A DNA stretch of 64,000 nt, from the IMG/VR virus record IMGVR_UViG_3300002092_001784, positions 1 to 64,000 of that record; one strand, given 5' to 3'. Positions 58,905 to 64,000 of the stretch are shown in pieces (position 1 is the first letter of the stretch; every line of letters begins with the position of its first letter). Source of the DNA: a virus (taxonomy: Duplodnaviria; Caudoviricetes). The notes under the pieces were generated by a model. That model saw nothing but the letters and a program-made list of their open reading frames with translations. It searched no databases and was not told the origin of the DNA. The position numbers were made by a program, and so were the translations under genes.

Positions 58905-58915
58905 TTTTTATTAAG

Positions 58916-59737
58916 ATGGCATATGTTTATAAACACACACGGTTAGACACTAACGAAGTATTTTATATTGGTATTGGTAACGATTTGGAATATAAAAGAG
59001 CATACGATGTTCGTAATGGGAGAAACGCACATTGGAAACGGGTTATTAATAAAACAGAATATACGGTAGAAATTATTGAGGATTGTATTGATAGAGAAAT
59101 CGCATGTGAACGTGAAAAATATTGGATTAATTTCTATGGTAGACGAGACCTGAATGAAGGAACTTTGGTAAATATGACTGATGGAGGAGACGGTGGGGAT
59201 ACCATTACCGGTCACCCAAATCGAATTGAAATATTGAAAAAGAAATCTGATTCCGCTAAGGGGCGTGTTGTGTCGGATGAGATAAGACTCAAAATATCAA
59301 AAGCACATAAGGGAATTTCAATGATAGATAAATATGGTGAAGAACGTGCTTTGGAAATGAAGAGGAAAATGGCAGAAGCATCTACCGGCCGCATCATCTC
59401 AGAAGAAACCCGCCGTAAACTAAGTGAAGCGAGTAAAAATATATCCGAAAAGACTCGAAGTAAACTAAGTGAAGCCAGTAAATTGTGGCACTCAAATAAC
59501 GAATGTCCAATGACAGGAAAAACTCATTCTGATGAAACTAAACAGAAAATGAGTGATTCTCATAAAGGATATATTAAAAGTGAAGAGCATCGAAAGCATT
59601 TGAGTGAATCCAGAATTGGAATGAAGTTTTCAGACCAGCATATACAAAAATTAAAAGAGTCTCATACTGGTAAGACCGCATCGGAGGAAACAAAACGAAA
59701 AATGAGTGAATCACAAAAAAACAGATATAAAAAATAA
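58916..59737 (+). CDS. GIY-YIG homing endonuclease with NUMOD3 repeats
   Basis: AYVYKH...FYIGIG...RA, E...I..YGR, N.TDGG.G and repeated (H/S)EET(K/R).K(M/L)S. Start moved to ATG 58916. Confidence 0.9.
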   Translation: MAYVYKHTRLDTNEVFYIGIGNDLEYKRAYDVRNGRNAHWKRVINKTEYTVEIIEDCIDREIACEREKYWINFYGRRDLNEGTLVNMTDGGDGGDTITGHPNRIEILKKKSDSAKGRVVSDEIRLKISKAHKGISMIDKYGEERALEMKRKMAEASTGRIISEETRRKLSEASKNISEKTRSKLSEASKLWHSNNECPMTGKTHSDETKQKMSDSHKGYIKSEEHRKHLSESRIGMKFSDQHIQKLKESHTGKTASEETKRKMSESQKNRYKK

Positions 59738-59744
59738 ATAAATT

Positions 59745-60047
59745 ATGGGAAATTTAATAGGAGCCGGCGATACGCCGAATCAACAACAGAAAAAAATAAT
59801 GGCAGACCTTTCGGCATCCAAACCGATGTTATGTGTAGGATGTGGATATGATGTATTCTTACCCGCAATTAAACTACGAAAAATATCCAAACTGATGATA
59901 GGCAGTACAGCAGATCAGATATTACCATTGGATGTGTTTGTATGTGGAAACTGTGGCGCAGTGAACGAAGAACTGTTACCAATTCAAATTAGAACATTAG
60001 AAGCAGCAGAGAAACAACAAAAATCTTCAGTAATCGAACCTGAGTAA
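59745..60047 (+). CDS. Zinc-ribbon protein
   Basis: CVGCG...CGNCG. Confidence 0.65.
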   Translation: MGNLIGAGDTPNQQQKKIMADLSASKPMLCVGCGYDVFLPAIKLRKISKLMIGSTADQILPLDVFVCGNCGAVNEELLPIQIRTLEAAEKQQKSSVIEPE

Positions 60048-60536
60048 ATGGCTAAAACTGTAAAGGAAAAAAAAGAAGTTATAAAAACAACAAAAACGTT
60101 GTTCGATCATATTAAAGCGGTTACCAACGATCAAAATCCCAAATATTGGGAAAGTTTGGACGAATCGGATAAAAAGACGTGGTCGAACTATATGATTATA
60201 CGATTTATGACTATGAATCCGGATTGGGTTGAGTTGATTTCTGAAGTACAACCGTATTTGCAAGAAGCTCCGCCTAAAGCAGTTTATAAGGCATTGATTG
60301 GTGTAATACCTAAAAGTAGGGCGTTTTTGAAGTATATGAAAGCCGCATCATCGGAAACCTATGAACAATGGGTAGTTGATTTGGTAGCTAAGTATTATGG
60401 TGTGAGTCTTATGGAAGCAGAAGATTATTTACATATTTTGTATAAGAGCCATACTGGAAAACTTCATATTAAAGAGATAGCTGAATCATTTGGAACTGAT
60501 ACCAAAAGTATCACAAAACTAAAATTAGGAGTATAA
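60048..60536 (+). CDS. Clamp loader small subunit (gp62-like)
   Basis: Y.I.RF...D, IPK...F.KY.K and LVAKYY.VS..EA..Y motifs; two genes after the gp44-like gene. Confidence 0.7.
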   Translation: MAKTVKEKKEVIKTTKTLFDHIKAVTNDQNPKYWESLDESDKKTWSNYMIIRFMTMNPDWVELISEVQPYLQEAPPKAVYKALIGVIPKSRAFLKYMKAASSETYEQWVVDLVAKYYGVSLMEAEDYLHILYKSHTGKLHIKEIAESFGTDTKSITKLKLGV

Positions 60537-60571
60537 TAATTGAATTATTTTTGTTAAAATATCCGGGTAAA

Positions 60572-60603
60572 TTTGTTTATTCGGATATTTTTTTGTATCT
60601 TTG
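60572..60603 (+). promoter_or_regulatory. Bacteroidota-type promoter overlapping a terminator-like hairpin (about 60557-60594)
   Basis: TTTG-N20-TATCTTTG; the TTTG is the loop of the ATATCCGGGTAAA/TTTATTCGGATAT hairpin. Confidence 0.75.
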
Positions 60604-60625
60604 TAATACAAATTAAAAACATAAT

Positions 60626-61492
60626 ATGGCTAAGGTATCGTTTTCGCAGTATAGTACGTTTTCATCATGCCCTCAACAATATAAGTTGAGATATATCGAT
60701 AAATTAGGAGAAAGTTCATCCAATATTCATACGATTTTCGGTTCTTCCATGCATGAAACGATTCAACACTATCTTTCGGTAATGTATGGTGAATCTAAAA
60801 AAGCAGCAGAAGATGTGAATTTAGATAAAATGCTATTAGAACAACTTAAAATAAATTTTTCCAAAGAGAAGGAAAAGATGAGTGAAGGTACTCCCTGTAC
60901 TCAAATTGAGTTGGAAGAGTTTTATGGTGATGGTAGGAGAATGTTGGCTTGGTTTACAAAACACATTAGTAAGTTCTATTCAAAATCAGGTTATCAGTTG
61001 GTGGGTATAGAAATTCCATTAAATGCTGAAGTTAAATCCGGTGTTAGTTTTATCGGATATATTGATGTTGTGATTAAAGATGTAGCAGAAGATTCGATTA
61101 TTATTATTGACTTAAAAACTTCAACCGCTGGTTGGAACAAATATCAAAAGGAAGATAAGTTAAAAAACTCACAGTTATTACTTTATAAAAAATACTATTC
61201 AGAGTTATTTAGCATACCACTTTCCAAAATTAGAATTGAGTATCAGATTTTGAGAAGAAAGATACCCGAAGATACACCATACCCGATTCCTTATGTATCA
61301 AAGCACGTTCCTTCAAATGGAGCTCCATCTGTAAATAAAGTGTACGGTGAGTTTATGGAATTTATCAATTCGGTGTTTGATGATGAGGGTAACTACAAAG
61401 AGGTAGAGTACCCAAAACAACCGGGTAACAATAAAAAGAACTGTAAGTGGTGTGAGTTTAATACCCGAAACATTTGTGATGGCAAAAATTAA
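60626..61492 (+). CDS. PD-(D/E)xK RecB/Cas4-like exonuclease
   Basis: CP..Y...Y, G..MH, GYID, IIDLKT and C.WC.F...C motifs. Confidence 0.85.
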   Translation: MAKVSFSQYSTFSSCPQQYKLRYIDKLGESSSNIHTIFGSSMHETIQHYLSVMYGESKKAAEDVNLDKMLLEQLKINFSKEKEKMSEGTPCTQIELEEFYGDGRRMLAWFTKHISKFYSKSGYQLVGIEIPLNAEVKSGVSFIGYIDVVIKDVAEDSIIIIDLKTSTAGWNKYQKEDKLKNSQLLLYKKYYSELFSIPLSKIRIEYQILRRKIPEDTPYPIPYVSKHVPSNGAPSVNKVYGEFMEFINSVFDDEGNYKEVEYPKQPGNNKKNCKWCEFNTRNICDGKN

Positions 61493-61503
61493 GTAAAAAA
61501 TAT

Positions 61504-61713
61504 ATGGGACAGCGAGATTTACAATTATTTGAAATTAAAGAAAAATTACAGGCCATACAAGAGGCACTTAGCATTGTAAAACAACTTGCTGATAGTAAGT
61601 TAGCAGACACTGATTGTGAAACTGAATACCCAATCGATGATATTGATGAAATCCAACGATTGATAATTAAAGCAAGGGGGGTGATTGCTAGTAGGGGTTG
61701 GGGCTGGTTATAA
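61504..61713 (+). CDS. Hypothetical protein
   Basis: 69-aa ORF. Confidence 0.5.
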   Translation: MGQRDLQLFEIKEKLQAIQEALSIVKQLADSKLADTDCETEYPIDDIDEIQRLIIKARGVIASRGWGWL

Positions 61714-61777
61714 TAAAAAATATTGGTTTTTTTGATTTGTATATATTTATATATAAATTAATTAACCCAATATTATT

Positions 61778-61978
61778 ATGACTCAAGACAACACAAAATT
61801 AACAACTGTAAAGATACTTAAAGATGTTTATTCCGGCTTCAAACGTGTATCGTTTGATTCCGATGTGACTTTACAAAAATTAGTAAATAGAACCGTTGAA
61901 CGATATGTAACGGATGATATGTTTCGTAAGGAAATGAATGAATATTTGAAATTACAAATTAGCGGTTCTCAATTTTAA
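61778..61978 (+). CDS. Small ribbon-helix-helix-like DNA-binding protein
   Basis: A beta strand (TTVKI) followed by two helices (TLQKLVNRTVERY). Confidence 0.55.
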   Translation: MTQDNTKLTTVKILKDVYSGFKRVSFDSDVTLQKLVNRTVERYVTDDMFRKEMNEYLKLQISGSQF

Positions 61979-61982
61979 TGTT

Positions 61983-62558
61983 ATGAAATTAAAGAAGTTA
62001 TTACCCAAAGACATGTTAGTGGAAAGTAGTGGAGTGCATAATTATGGTTGTGCTATGATGTATTTTGATTTTCCTGCATTGTTTAAGTTGCAAGATGCTA
62101 TAAATCCAAAACACATCTACGAAGACCCAAACGATACGAGTTATGGGTTGGAAGATGAACCACATATTACATTATTATATGGGTTGCATGATGGAGTAAC
62201 TGTTGATGATGTATCTCATATTGTACAGAAGTTTGTATTTACTGAATGTGTTTTATACAATCCATCATTATTTCAGAATGAAAACTATGATGTATTAAAA
62301 TTTGATGTGAGGTATCCAACTAAAGGCGGGGCATTTTTACATAAATGTAATAGGCAATTATGTGAATTACCAAATACAAATTCGTATCCCGATTACCATC
62401 CGCATATGACAATTGCTTATTTGAAACCGGGTATGGGACAACAATATTCAGACCATTTTAATAAAATCGAACCAAACGGATATACATTAGTTCCATCACA
62501 TGTAGTTTACTCCGAACCAAATGGAGAAAAGACAGTAATTAAAATCAGAACAAATTAA
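61983..62558 (+). CDS. 2H phosphoesterase (T4 57B/Acb1-like candidate) with leader
   Basis: Two HxT motifs: EPHITLLYG and YHPHMTIAY. Confidence 0.8.
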   Translation: MKLKKLLPKDMLVESSGVHNYGCAMMYFDFPALFKLQDAINPKHIYEDPNDTSYGLEDEPHITLLYGLHDGVTVDDVSHIVQKFVFTECVLYNPSLFQNENYDVLKFDVRYPTKGGAFLHKCNRQLCELPNTNSYPDYHPHMTIAYLKPGMGQQYSDHFNKIEPNGYTLVPSHVVYSEPNGEKTVIKIRTN

Positions 62559-62564
62559 TAAGTT

Positions 62565-64000
62565 ATGACAGAATATAAAGTAGGAGACATTAGAAACGGT
62601 AGTGAGGTAATACCTGCGGAGCAGAGAAAGAAGATATTACTTCTATCTGATGATTTGAGAATGGCGAGCGGTATTGCTACAATGTCCAAAGAATTTGTAT
62701 TAGGTACAATTCATAGGTATAATTGGTTTCAAGTTGGTAGTGCTATCAACCACCCAGACCAAGGAAAGATTTTGGATGTAAGCGCTGATACAAAGAACGT
62801 AACCGGTATATCTGATGCAAATCTAAAAATTTTACCGTGGAATGGATATGGAAATGCAGATTTACTACGGCAATTGATTAACGCAGAACGGCCGGATGCT
62901 ATACTTCATTTTACAGACCCACGATATTGGACATGGTTATATGATATTGAACATGAGATAAGACAAAATGTTCCAATCTTATACTACTCAATTTGGGATG
63001 ATTTACCTGACCCAATGTACAATCGTAATTTTTATGAAAGTTGTGATTGGATCGGTTGTATTTCCAGACAGACTTATGGCATTACCAAAAGAATGATGTC
63101 TAAAGCAGATAAATCAACATGGAAACCATTTAAGGAATGGCAAGCAAATTATGTACCACATGGTATCAATACTGATGTTTACAGACCAATAACTGTACCT
63201 GATGAATTTAGAAAAGAAATTTTGGGAGATAAAGAATATGATTTCGTATTATATTGGTCTAACAGAAACATTCGTAGGAAACAACCAGCCGATGTTATTT
63301 ACGCTTTCAAGCTTTTTTGTGATAAAATTGGAAAAGAACAGGCAGATAAGGTTTGTTTATTAATGCACACACAACCTGTGGATGAAAATGGAACAGATTT
63401 ACCAGCAGTTATTGCCGCAGTTGCACCTGATTGTAATATCATTTTTTCGGACAAACGAAGAGGTACTGATCAATTAAATCTACTATATAACATAGCAGAT
63501 GTAACTATTAACATTGCTAATAATGAAGGATTTGGATTAACTACGGCTGAAAGTGTAATGGCAGGTACTCCAATTATAGTAAATGTTACTGGTGGATTGC
63601 AAGATCAATGTGCATTTACTGTAAAAGGTAAGTTATTAACAGCAGAAGATTACATTGAAATCGGTTCTTTACACAACTGGAGAAAGTGGAAATCAAAAGT
63701 TAAGTGGGGTGAGTGGGTAACTCCAATTTGGCCAAAAGCACAATCATTGGCAGGTTCAATCCCAACACCGTATATTTGGGATGATCGCGTTGATATTGAG
63801 GATGTGGCTGAAGCCATTTTAGAGGTATACAAAGTTCCAAGTCCAGAACGAAAAACTGCTGGTCTTAAAGGTAGGGAAGCATTCATTACCAAAATGGGAT
63901 TAAACACTGAAAATATGTGTAAAACAATGGCGGATGGTATTGATACTACTCTTAAAAATTGGAAGCCAAGAGAACGTTATGAACTTTTCAAAATTAGATA
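62565..64000 (+). CDS. GT-B glycosyltransferase (GT4-like), runs off the window end
   Basis: Open frame from MTEYKV...: KILLLSDDL...SG, VPHGI, NRNIRRKQP, NEGFGL...ES..AGTPII. Not in the ORF track because no stop falls inside the window. Confidence 0.85.
   Translation, partial: MTEYKVGDIRNGSEVIPAEQRKKILLLSDDLRMASGIATMSKEFVLGTIHRYNWFQVGSAINHPDQGKILDVSADTKNVTGISDANLKILPWNGYGNADLLRQLINAERPDAILHFTDPRYWTWLYDIEHEIRQNVPILYYSIWDDLPDPMYNRNFYESCDWIGCISRQTYGITKRMMSKADKSTWKPFKEWQANYVPHGINTDVYRPITVPDEFRKEILGDKEYDFVLYWSNRNIRRKQPADVIYAFKLFCDKIGKEQADKVCLLMHTQPVDENGTDLPAVIAAVAPDCNIIFSDKRRGTDQLNLLYNIADVTINIANNEGFGLTTAESVMAGTPIIVNVTGGLQDQCAFTVKGKLLTAEDYIEIGSLHNWRKWKSKVKWGEWVTPIWPKAQSLAGSIPTPYIWDDRVDIEDVAEAILEVYKVPSPERKTAGLKGREAFITKMGLNTENMCKTMADGIDTTLKNWKPRERYELFKIR

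Noticed and set aside
60626-61492. CRISPR-Cas locus suggested by the Cas4-like nuclease
   Set aside because: No repeat-spacer array or other cas genes; solo RecB/Cas4-like nucleases are common in phage replication regions.
1-64000. Stop-codon reassignment, tRNA genes or inteins
   Set aside because: Core genes are full length in code 11 with typical sizes. No cloverleaf or intein motifs were noticed by eye; tRNAscan was not run.

Overview
The whole 64 kb window is part of a large contractile-tailed (T4-like, myovirus-type) phage genome. All supported genes are on the + strand and read in standard code 11. The host is very likely a Bacteroidota bacterium: nine copies of the Bacteroidota housekeeping promoter TTTG-N20-TAnnTTTG precede non-structural genes. 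Gene order: Ser/Thr collagen-like fibres (1-6.4 kb); a four-gene sugar-phosphate/NDP-sugar operon (6.6-10.4 kb); neck, sheath, tube, tape measure and baseplate (10.4-28.6 kb); a minimal family A polymerase and putative internal head proteins with shared leaders (28.7-37.8 kb); replication, nucleotide metabolism and DNA modification genes (38-64 kb). The strongest candidate for an undescribed system is the cluster around PolB and the sliding clamp. There a methyltransferase, a Mom-like GNAT, a GT-B glycosyltransferase, a DUF4338-like protein and one unknown protein all carry a terminal (N/K/D)-(F/Y)-W peptide, suggesting clamp-tethered DNA modification. Other highlights: a head-packaging-like leader on unrelated cargo proteins, a kissing-loop RNA ahead of a GIY-YIG gene, a +1 frameshift candidate, circularly permuted FISUMP domains, and an endonuclease cassette that rebuilt its target gene's start. 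All family assignments come from motif recognition by eye; no searches were run.
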